Under the pieces are notes generated by a model. The model was not told where the DNA came from. It made no database searches and worked only from the letters and a program-made list of their open reading frames with translations. From an uncultured Burkholderiales bacterium (GTDB lineage Bacteria > Actinomycetota > Acidimicrobiia > IMCC26256 > JAGPDB01): a DNA stretch of 64,000 bases. Shown here piece by piece: positions 1 to 7,185 of the stretch. A program made the translations under genes and the position numbers. Where the stretch lies: assembly GCA_964391505.1 (NCBI GenBank), contig CAYMMG010000002.1, forward strand, positions 38,455 through 102,454, read 5' to 3'. How positions within the stretch are numbered: the first letter of the stretch is position 1; the number at the start of each line of letters is the position of its first letter.

Positions 1-1356
1 TGGAAGATCATGATCTTGATTGCAAGTTATATCTTTCTTGGATATCACCAACCACTACTTCACTTTGGACCCATCTCGCTCCCTCTCCCCTGCGTTGTTC
101 TTGCAAGCTCGATCGTCATCAATTATTTCTTTACGCATCTCATGATGAAGCAGGCACCCGGACGCGCACGTCAAATCGTTCTGGCATGTGCGATAGCTGT
201 GAACGTAGCAATTCTCGGATACTTTAAGTATCGTAATTTTATTATCGAACAAGCTCACGAAGTCCTGAGTGATTCCATTGCGCTTCCCCGCTTAAGTTCG
301 CTTATCATTCCTATTGCAATTTCTTTTTTCACTTTTCAGGCCATTAGCTATCTTGTCGATTGCTATCGAGGCACGATCGAAAAAGTTTCATTTCTCGACT
401 TTGCGGTTTATCTTTCATTTTTTCCTCATCTTGTTGCGGGACCGATCGTTCGTGCAAGTGAATTCATTCCACAAATGCGCAACCCTCATAATGCACGAGC
501 AGTAGAAGGAACACGTGCGGCTACCCTGATTGCACGAGGACTCTTTAAGAAAATGATCGTGGCAGACCTGCTTTACACACAACTCGTGCGCCCTGCCTTT
601 GGAGCTCCCCAAAAGCTGGGATCACTCGATGCTATATTGGCCGTTTACGGCTATGCAGCCCAGTTATACTGCGATTTTTCGGGGTATACAGATATCGCAA
701 TAGGTGTTGCGCTCCTGTTGGGATTTCGCTTTCCGGAAAACTTCAATCGACCATATACAGCTACATCCTTGCGCGATTTTTGGCAAAGATGGCACATGAC
801 ATTGTCTCGTTGGCTTCGCGACTACGTCTACATTCCACTAGGAGGAAACAAGAAAAGTGTTTTTGGAGCTAGGTTCGTAGCATTTAATCTGATCGCGACC
901 ATGACAATTGGCGGTTTATGGCATGGAGCAAACACAACATTCGTCGTGTGGGGTTTTTATATGGGACTGATGCTGATAGTCGAAAGAGGGCTGCGCAATT
1001 TCAACGAGCGACACAACATCGATGTTCCTGCATGGTTACGTAGAATTTTGACATTTCATGTTGTTACATTCGGTTGGATTATTTTTGCATCTGAATCGAT
1101 GTCTAATGTTCGAATAATGTTGGAGAGAATATTTTCGGGTTTCTCTACGCCGCCAACTTTCATTACCGTACCTGTCGTTATTCTTATTTTGTGTGGCATC
1201 ATGATTCAAAGCATCCCAGACACCGTCACGGGACGAATTAGCACTACCATCAGCACGAAGCCGATTTTCGCTCAAGCACTTATTTTTGGTGTTGGGCTCA
1301 TGATTCTTAGTGCTCTTTCAGGAACAGTGTCAGCTTTCGTTTATGGATTCTTTTAA
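1..1356 (+). CDS. MBOAT-family membrane O-acyltransferase (AlgI/PatA/DltB-like), 5' end cut by window edge
   Basis: The frame of ORF 10..1356 stays open to base 1, so the N-terminus is off-window. Multi-TM protein. MBOAT hallmark 'FWQRWHMTLSRWLRDYVYIPLGGN', plus 'GYFKYRNF' and 'FTFQAISYLVDCYRG', as in AlgI-type proteins. Confidence 0.85.
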   Translation, partial: WKIMILIASYIFLGYHQPLLHFGPISLPLPCVVLASSIVINYFFTHLMMKQAPGRARQIVLACAIAVNVAILGYFKYRNFIIEQAHEVLSDSIALPRLSSLIIPIAISFFTFQAISYLVDCYRGTIEKVSFLDFAVYLSFFPHLVAGPIVRASEFIPQMRNPHNARAVEGTRAATLIARGLFKKMIVADLLYTQLVRPAFGAPQKLGSLDAILAVYGYAAQLYCDFSGYTDIAIGVALLLGFRFPENFNRPYTATSLRDFWQRWHMTLSRWLRDYVYIPLGGNKKSVFGARFVAFNLIATMTIGGLWHGANTTFVVWGFYMGLMLIVERGLRNFNERHNIDVPAWLRRILTFHVVTFGWIIFASESMSNVRIMLERIFSGFSTPPTFITVPVVILILCGIMIQSIPDTVTGRISTTISTKPIFAQALIFGVGLMILSALSGTVSAFVYGFF

Positions 1357-1362
1357 GGAAAT

Positions 1363-2406
1363 GTGATGACCGTCCCTTTTGAACAGATCAACCACACCCC
1401 TTCACATAACGTGAAACAAGGATCCACCAAGCGCGTACTTGTTGCACAGGCCGATCACCCCCATCGCGTCATGTCAGCAGGTCAAGCAATTCTTTTCGTT
1501 ATGATCACCTTGATGATTGGTACCATGCTCAACGCTTCCTCGCTCTACACCCGAGCTTCGACGATGGATCCTTCATTCGCTCGCACATCCACCATGACTG
1601 TCCTGCGTCCTTTCGATCTGACATCGCGAGCAATCGGACTCACATCACTTCGTCAGCATGCCCGCAAAACCATGGACCTCCCGCGCGATGACAAAGTCGA
1701 TACTTTCACGTTCACGGGAACGAAATCTCCAATCATCACGCCACCCTCTACAACCCTTCCTACGCTTACCCCAGCCAGCAAGTTAACGGTATGGATCATT
1801 GGAGATTCCCTTTCAATAACACCGGCAGAATCCATGCTCGCGTCATTCTCGACCTCGGCTTTCGATATTCAAGGGACAGAAGGCCAAGTGGCGACAGGCT
1901 TAGCTCGCCCAGATGTCTTTAACTGGTTTACCCACATCAATGATTTCGTTGCACAAAATCACCCCAAGCTCGTCATCGCTACCTTTGGAGCCAACGATGA
2001 TCAATCTCTCTTTGGGGAGGGTGGTGCAATTGGACCATTCGGATCTCCTTCTTGGCGCGCAGAATATTTACGACGAGTGTCGTCAACACTTGATTTCCTC
2101 GCCAGCCAAAAAGTCCACACGCTTTGGATTGAAATTCCACCCGTACGAGATCCTGTGCGTAATGATCGATATAGAGTTATCAATGAAATCACCCGAACTG
2201 CTGTCGATGCTCATCCGGCAACAACAACCTATGTAGAAACTGCCCAATCCTTTACTAATCCGGACGGTAGCTATTCAGATGCCATCACCATTAACGGCAC
2301 CCCTACCCTTTTGCGTGCTCCCGATGGAATCCATTTCACTCGTGCCGGTGGAGATGTGATCTCCAATCTTGTCCTTAAAAAACTTCGCACTCTCTATTCG
2401 TTCTAA
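1363..2406 (+). CDS. SGNH/GDSL-fold hydrolase/acyltransferase with N-terminal TM anchor, likely partner of the MBOAT protein
   Basis: TM segment 'AILFVMITLMIGTML'. SGNH blocks 'WIIGDSLS' (GDS), 'ATFGANDD' (GxND) and 'DGIHFT' (DxxH). Starts 6 nt after the MBOAT gene. Confidence 0.65.
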   Translation: MMTVPFEQINHTPSHNVKQGSTKRVLVAQADHPHRVMSAGQAILFVMITLMIGTMLNASSLYTRASTMDPSFARTSTMTVLRPFDLTSRAIGLTSLRQHARKTMDLPRDDKVDTFTFTGTKSPIITPPSTTLPTLTPASKLTVWIIGDSLSITPAESMLASFSTSAFDIQGTEGQVATGLARPDVFNWFTHINDFVAQNHPKLVIATFGANDDQSLFGEGGAIGPFGSPSWRAEYLRRVSSTLDFLASQKVHTLWIEIPPVRDPVRNDRYRVINEITRTAVDAHPATTTYVETAQSFTNPDGSYSDAITINGTPTLLRAPDGIHFTRAGGDVISNLVLKKLRTLYSF

Positions 2407-2442
2407 TGCAACTCACCACTTGTCGGCAGCTAGCCTTGTGAC

Positions 2443-3561
2443 ATGTCAGAAACACAAAGTACACCTATTACTATTCCCCATGAGCTTCTTCCCGCAGATG
2501 GTCGATTCGGTTCGGGTCCTTCTAAAGTTCGACCGGAGCAGCTTGAGCATCTCAATAAAAATTCACATCTCTTAGGAACAAGTCACCGACAAAAACCTAT
2601 TAAAAAAATGGTGGCGGGTATTCAAGAAAAAATGACAACACTTTTTGCTTTGCCGAGCGATTACGAAGTTCTTTTAACAAATGGTGGGGCTTCTCTCATG
2701 TGGGATGCTGCAAGCTTTAGCGTGATTAAAAACAAGAGCGCACATGCAGTATATGGGGAATTCTCCTCTCGCTTTGCTGCTATTTCGAAGAAAGCGCCGC
2801 ATCTCGATGAACCGTTGATTGCTGAAGCACAACCAGGAATCGCAGCATATCTTGAGACAGATTCCAGTGTAGACACATACTGCTTAACGCATAATGAAAC
2901 TTCTACAGGTGTCATGGTTTCTCCTTATCGAGTGGGAAATGAGAAAAGCGTTGTAATGATTGATGCGACTTCAGGTGCAGGATCGTGTGCGGTTGACCCT
3001 TCGGCGTATGACATGTATTACTTTTCTCCACAAAAATGTTTTGGTGCTGACGGAGGTATCGTTTTTGCTTTGTGCTCCCCTGCAATGATCGCGCGCATTG
3101 AATCCGTTGATCGTTATGCTCCCGCAATTCTTGATCTGAAAACGACGATAGAGAATTCTCGCTTGAATCAAACACTCAACACTCCAGCACTCACAACATT
3201 ATTCCTTGTTGACTCACAGCTCGATTGGCTCCTCGAAAATGGAGGAATGGACTTTGCTCACAAGCGTTGTTCCGATTCTTCCTCCCAGCTCTACACGTGG
3301 GCAGAAAACCATGAGCTCACTTCACCCTTTGTAACCAATACCGATGAGCGCTCGCTCGTTACAGCCACCATTGATATTGCAGAATCTATTGACGCAGAAG
3401 ATGTGGTTGCGACATTGCGTGCGAATGGAATCGTGGATTGCGATCCCTATCGCAAACTTGGACGCAACCAAATTCGCGTTGCTACTTTTCCATCTATTGA
3501 CCCAGACGACATTTCACAACTCATTAAGAGCTTGGATTTCGTTATCAGTGCACTCGCATAA
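2443..3561 (+). CDS. serC: phosphoserine aminotransferase (actinobacterial-type SerC)
   Basis: N-terminal 'DGRFGSGPSKVRPEQL...LLGTSHRQKPIKKMV' matches my recollection of mycobacterial SerC. At 372 aa the length is typical. Confidence 0.9.
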   Translation: MSETQSTPITIPHELLPADGRFGSGPSKVRPEQLEHLNKNSHLLGTSHRQKPIKKMVAGIQEKMTTLFALPSDYEVLLTNGGASLMWDAASFSVIKNKSAHAVYGEFSSRFAAISKKAPHLDEPLIAEAQPGIAAYLETDSSVDTYCLTHNETSTGVMVSPYRVGNEKSVVMIDATSGAGSCAVDPSAYDMYYFSPQKCFGADGGIVFALCSPAMIARIESVDRYAPAILDLKTTIENSRLNQTLNTPALTTLFLVDSQLDWLLENGGMDFAHKRCSDSSSQLYTWAENHELTSPFVTNTDERSLVTATIDIAESIDAEDVVATLRANGIVDCDPYRKLGRNQIRVATFPSIDPDDISQLIKSLDFVISALA

Positions 3562-3580
3562 CAATATTAAGAATTAATAT

Positions 3581-3928
3581 TTAGTAGTCGGTGGTAAGTT
3601 TACTTAACGTACTTTGACACTTCGACGTTGCTGATTCAAGTGCCTCTTTTTCCTTTTGGGTTCCTTCTACAGCACTCAACTCGTTTGTTGTTTTTGCATC
3701 GACAATTTTCTTTAACGTCTTTGCTGACATATCGTCGTATGTATCATCTACATAACAATCAACGTATTCATCAATCACTTTTTTCTGTTCTTCTGTTGGC
3801 GTAAAGCCAAGAGTCTTTACGATAATGCCATTTGTTGATTCCTTAACGGACTCTTTCGATGGCTTTGTTTCGCCACAACCAGCTAAAACAAGTATTCCAA
3901 TACACAGACTTAGAGCTATTTTCTTCAT
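3581..3928 (-). CDS. small lipoprotein (paralogue A)
   Basis: Signal peptide plus lipobox 'VLAGCG'. Paralogous to the next gene ('EEYVDCYVDDTYDDMSAKTLKKI'). Confidence 0.6.
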   Translation of the reverse strand: MKKIALSLCIGILVLAGCGETKPSKESVKESTNGIIVKTLGFTPTEEQKKVIDEYVDCYVDDTYDDMSAKTLKKIVDAKTTNELSAVEGTQKEKEALESATSKCQSTLSKLTTDY

Positions 3929-3950
3929 TTTAGGATCCCCTTATTACCTT

Positions 3951-4289
3951 TTAGAAGCCACCTTCAGGCAACTTATCTTCACACTTTTTCAAAGACTCGT
4001 CGAATGCCTCATTTTCTTTATCGCTTGCTTCATATTCGTCTCGGACTTTTTTATCTTCACTCGTAAGTGCTTCTAATGTCTTTGTCGAAAGGTCTCCATA
4101 GATATCATCCACAAAGCAACTCACATACTCTTCTAATTGTTGCTTTTCTTTTCCAGAAAGTTTTTTTGACTCATCTTCCATGATGCTTTCTGTAAATACT
4201 TTCTTCACTTCTGATTTTGAAGGCTTCGAAGAACCGCAACCAGTAAAAATAATCATTCCAATACAGATACTTGCAATAATCTTTATCAT
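3951..4289 (-). CDS. small lipoprotein (paralogue B)
   Basis: Signal peptide plus lipobox 'IFTGCG'. 'EEYVSCFVDDIYGDLSTKTLEAL' aligns with paralogue A. Confidence 0.6.
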   Translation of the reverse strand: MIKIIASICIGMIIFTGCGSSKPSKSEVKKVFTESIMEDESKKLSGKEKQQLEEYVSCFVDDIYGDLSTKTLEALTSEDKKVRDEYEASDKENEAFDESLKKCEDKLPEGGF

Positions 4290-4346
4290 GACAGGGCTCC
4301 TTAGAGAAAATGAGTATCGGTGGACAAATGATGTACGTGAAAGAAT

Positions 4347-4652
4347 TTAGGCGTTTGCCACAATGCGCACCGCATTCGGATTAAATAATTCGTGAATAAT
4401 CGTGCCCACTTCTTCATCAGCAGGACATTGCTCAAAGGGTTGCCCTAAATCGATTAATTCAAAAACATTTGACCGTTCGTTTCGCACATATATATCAAAA
4501 CAATCGAACATGCCCGTTGGTGTATCGTCGTTGTAATGACCTACAACGCGGGCTTCGATGCCATCAACATCGATCACGGTTACACACTCTAAGCCCGTCA
4601 CATTCCACCCCCGTATTGCCGGTTTCCTACTAGTGTGCCAATAAAAGGACAT
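4347..4652 (-). CDS. hypothetical protein (101 aa, soluble)
   Basis: Clean ORF on the same strand as, and between, parA-operon genes. No motif recognised. Confidence 0.4.
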   Translation of the reverse strand: MSFYWHTSRKPAIRGWNVTGLECVTVIDVDGIEARVVGHYNDDTPTGMFDCFDIYVRNERSNVFELIDLGQPFEQCPADEEVGTIIHELFNPNAVRIVANA

Positions 4653-4708
4653 TAACGGGTGGATACTGCCTTATTATTTCAGCTGGTGGAGCTCTCCGCG
4701 AACTACGG

Positions 4709-4984
4709 TTAGCGATTTTTACGACGACGAGCAATCATCAGTAGAAGCACCGCTGCGATTCCTGTGGCAACCCAGACCTGGGGCTGCATAATGAGAGGTG
4801 TATCTTTTTCTTCTGCGTAAAGGGGCAAAACGGTATCTATAGTGGGTTCTTTTTGGTCGGGAGCCGAGGATATTTCGTCTTCTCCAGCTCTGACATCGGA
4901 GGAAGACTCGTCATCAAAGATTTCATCGACAATGGCATCAACCGAGTCCCGACTGGGGCGCTTCTTTTTAGGATCGTAAACCAT
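4709..4984 (-). CDS. small acidic protein with C-terminal TM helix and basic tail (tail-anchored)
   Basis: Acidic N-terminal part ('DEIFDDESSSDVRAGEDEISS'), then 'VWVATGIAAVLLLMIA' followed by 'RRRKNR'. Starts 12 nt after parA. Confidence 0.45.
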   Translation of the reverse strand: MVYDPKKKRPSRDSVDAIVDEIFDDESSSDVRAGEDEISSAPDQKEPTIDTVLPLYAEEKDTPLIMQPQVWVATGIAAVLLLMIARRRKNR

Positions 4985-4996
4985 AACATTCTCCCC

Positions 4997-5881
4997 TTAA
5001 ACCGTAGCTGCAATGGTTTGTGTAGACATATTATTTGAGTGATCGCGAGAATTTGACATCACGCCGACTTCTAATCCAATGAGATGAAGAAACACTTCAT
5101 CAAAATTTTGGAATGCTTCCGCGGCTCCTGGACGGGCACCCAGATCACTCAACGGTGTCGACATCGCAGATGCTTCAGCAATTGCAGCACGCGAGGCAAT
5201 ACTTACAACGTTGTCTTTGTATCGATCAATAATTTCGGATTCCCAAAATCGACCATCACGAGTCCGCCCCACATTATTGACAACGATTCCGGCAACGTGA
5301 GGTTGCCCACTTCGACGTGCTGCAATCCGATCAACATTTTGCATAAACGCTTCCACTCCATCGGAAGACCATGCACTGGGAGCGGAAACAACAATCACAC
5401 GGTCAGCAGCGAAAAGAGCATTGATAGTGAGTAACCCAACAGAGGGAGGGCAGTCGAAAAGAATGAGGTCATAGGTATCTGCAATGCCGGCGAGAGCGCG
5501 ATCGAGGCGGTCGCAAGCACCAATAGGGTCAGAAGCTAAATGCGTTTCGACATTAGTGAGGTGTGGATGAGCGCTGATGACGTCAATAAATCCTGGAGTT
5601 GATTGCTTGTGAGTCTTCGGATGAGCAGAAGAACTCCAGGAACTTCTCGTGATGTATTCAGCCACATTTGTCGAGGTGAGCTGGATTTCTCGATCAAGAA
5701 TATCTGCGAGAGTATTTTTCGTATCAGCAGAAAGTCCCAATCCAGATGATGCATTTGCCTGGGGATCACAGTCGACAACAAGAACGCGCAGCCCATGGCT
5801 CATCGCTATTTCAGCAAGCCCAAGCGTGACTGTCGTTTTACCGACCCCACCTTTTTGATTCGCTATCGCTACTGCAACCAT
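4997..5881 (-). CDS. ParA/Soj-family P-loop ATPase (orphan, no parB nearby)
   Basis: Deviant Walker A 'NQKGGVGKTT', 'VVDCDPQANAS' and 'ILFDCPPS'. Confidence 0.85.
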   Translation of the reverse strand: MVAVAIANQKGGVGKTTVTLGLAEIAMSHGLRVLVVDCDPQANASSGLGLSADTKNTLADILDREIQLTSTNVAEYITRSSWSSSAHPKTHKQSTPGFIDVISAHPHLTNVETHLASDPIGACDRLDRALAGIADTYDLILFDCPPSVGLLTINALFAADRVIVVSAPSAWSSDGVEAFMQNVDRIAARRSGQPHVAGIVVNNVGRTRDGRFWESEIIDRYKDNVVSIASRAAIAEASAMSTPLSDLGARPGAAEAFQNFDEVFLHLIGLEVGVMSNSRDHSNNMSTQTIAATV

Positions 5882-5920
5882 TACTCCAGGCTACCCCGGC
5901 ATAGCCTTTCTACACAATTA

Positions 5921-5948
5921 CAGGGTGGAACCCTGAAACTGTGGATAA
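5921..5948 (-). repeat. REP-like element copy 1 (hairpin CAGGGT-GGA-ACCCTG plus TGTGGATAA)
   Basis: 'CAGGGTGGAACCCTGAAACTGTGGATAA' is the exact reverse complement of the 28-nt core at 6678..6705 and 7154..7181. Confidence 0.85.
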
Positions 5949-5962
5949 GTCACCGAACAATA

Positions 5963-6622
5963 ATGTCGTACCCCACGCGTACTCTTCTCTCCATGACTGG
6001 GAAGAATATAAGAAAGACATATATAGAAAATACCTACTATCACCTATACAACCGCGGAGTTAACAAAGAACCTATTTTCAGAGATGACGAGGACTACCGG
6101 GTTTTACTTAATCTCTTCAAAAGAATATTGACAAAGGAACCTGAAAAAGATTCTCTAGGACGAACACATCGGAACTTATATGGATCAATAGAACTGAATG
6201 CCTATTGTCTCATGCCTAATCATTTCCACTTTCTCATTTTCCAAAAAAGCGCTAATGGACTGACTGATCTCTTCCGGTCAGTATCCACATCATACGCAAT
6301 GTATTTCAATAAAAAATATGATCGAGTTGGACATCTATTCCAGGGTGACCTTCGCGCTGTCATGGTTGATAATGATGAGTACTTTCGCTACATCTCTTGC
6401 TACATCCATTTGAATCCAAAAAACTACCTGGATTGGAAATATTCAAGCCTTCCCTATTTTGCGGGAACTTACCAAGCTGATTGGGTATGTCCACAATACA
6501 TACTTGATTCACTGGGTGGTTCCGAAAGTTATTTGTCATATCTCAAAGAACTTTCATCTAACAGATCTCAGCTATCACAACTTGTTGACCACATCGAAAG
6601 CTATCAAGGTGGAACGCTTTAA
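5963..6622 (+). CDS. REP-associated tyrosine transposase (RAYT), IS200/IS605-type Y1 HUH family
   Basis: 'YYHLYNRGVNKEPIF', HUH motif 'LMPNHFHFLI', 'GHLFQG', catalytic-Tyr region 'YFRYISCYIHLNP'. Start taken at the Met at 5963; the track ORF from 5795 reads through the parA promoter region. Confidence 0.8.
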   Translation: MSYPTRTLLSMTGKNIRKTYIENTYYHLYNRGVNKEPIFRDDEDYRVLLNLFKRILTKEPEKDSLGRTHRNLYGSIELNAYCLMPNHFHFLIFQKSANGLTDLFRSVSTSYAMYFNKKYDRVGHLFQGDLRAVMVDNDEYFRYISCYIHLNPKNYLDWKYSSLPYFAGTYQADWVCPQYILDSLGGSESYLSYLKELSSNRSQLSQLVDHIESYQGGTL

Positions 6623-6677
6623 AGAATGAGGAATAATAAACTTAGGCAGTCTGTAAGTCTTAGCCTTCCATCGTGAG

Positions 6678-6708
6678 TTATCCACAGTTTCAGGGTTCCA
6701 CCCTGCAA
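6678..6708 (+). repeat. REP-like element copy 2
   Basis: 'TTATCCACAGTTTCAGGGTTCCACCCTGCAA'; 6-bp stem, 3-nt loop. Confidence 0.85.
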
Positions 6709-6714
6709 GCGAGA

Positions 6715-7083
6715 TTACTTTTGGAGGGAATCGCGAATTTCGGTAAGAAGATCTATTTCTGTAGGTGCCGGAGCTTCAGTAGCTGATGGTTTCTTTAAAG
6801 CATTCATCGCTTTGACAATTGCAAATAACACAGCACCGACGATTAATAAGTTTACAACTGCTGTTATAAAAATACCAATTAATATTCTCGAATCACCTAG
6901 ATCAAAACCTATTGAATCAAAATTAGGCTCACCGACAATCGCAGCAATCCCATTTAAGACAATTCCTTTGATAAACGCATCTATGACTTCTTTAACCGCA
7001 AGACCAAGAACAAAGGCTACGGCGAAGTCGACTAAATTTCCTGTTGCAATGAAATCTTTAAATTCCTTGAGAGTGTTTTTCAT
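6715..7083 (-). CDS. mscL: large-conductance mechanosensitive channel
   Basis: 'LKEFKDFIATGNLVDFAVAFVLGLA' is the canonical MscL N-terminus. 122 aa, two TM helices. Confidence 0.9.
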   Translation of the reverse strand: MKNTLKEFKDFIATGNLVDFAVAFVLGLAVKEVIDAFIKGIVLNGIAAIVGEPNFDSIGFDLGDSRILIGIFITAVVNLLIVGAVLFAIVKAMNALKKPSATEAPAPTEIDLLTEIRDSLQK

Positions 7084-7153
7084 TGGTGCTCCTTTTATTC
7101 TTTAATTGTTTTCTTTCAAATCTATCTTGTGAGGTTCCTCACAACTGTAAAAG

Positions 7154-7184
7154 TTATCCACAGTTTCAGGGTTCCACCCTGCAA
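7154..7184 (+). repeat. REP-like element copy 3
   Basis: The 31 nt are identical to copy 2 ('TTATCCACAGTTTCAGGGTTCCACCCTGCAA'). Lies 2 nt from the trpE(G) stop. Confidence 0.85.
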
Positions 7185-7185
7185 A

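Larger units (their letters stand above)
5921..6705 (+). mobile_element. RAYT gene bracketed by inverted REP copies (REP/RAYT unit)
   Basis: Identical 28-nt cores in inverted orientation lie 15 nt upstream of the RAYT ATG and 56 nt downstream of its stop. Confidence 0.65.

Noticed and set aside
5795-5962. N-terminal 56 codons of track ORF 5795..6622
   Set aside because: This part overlaps the parA start and the REP copy. The RAYT homology begins after the Met at 5963.
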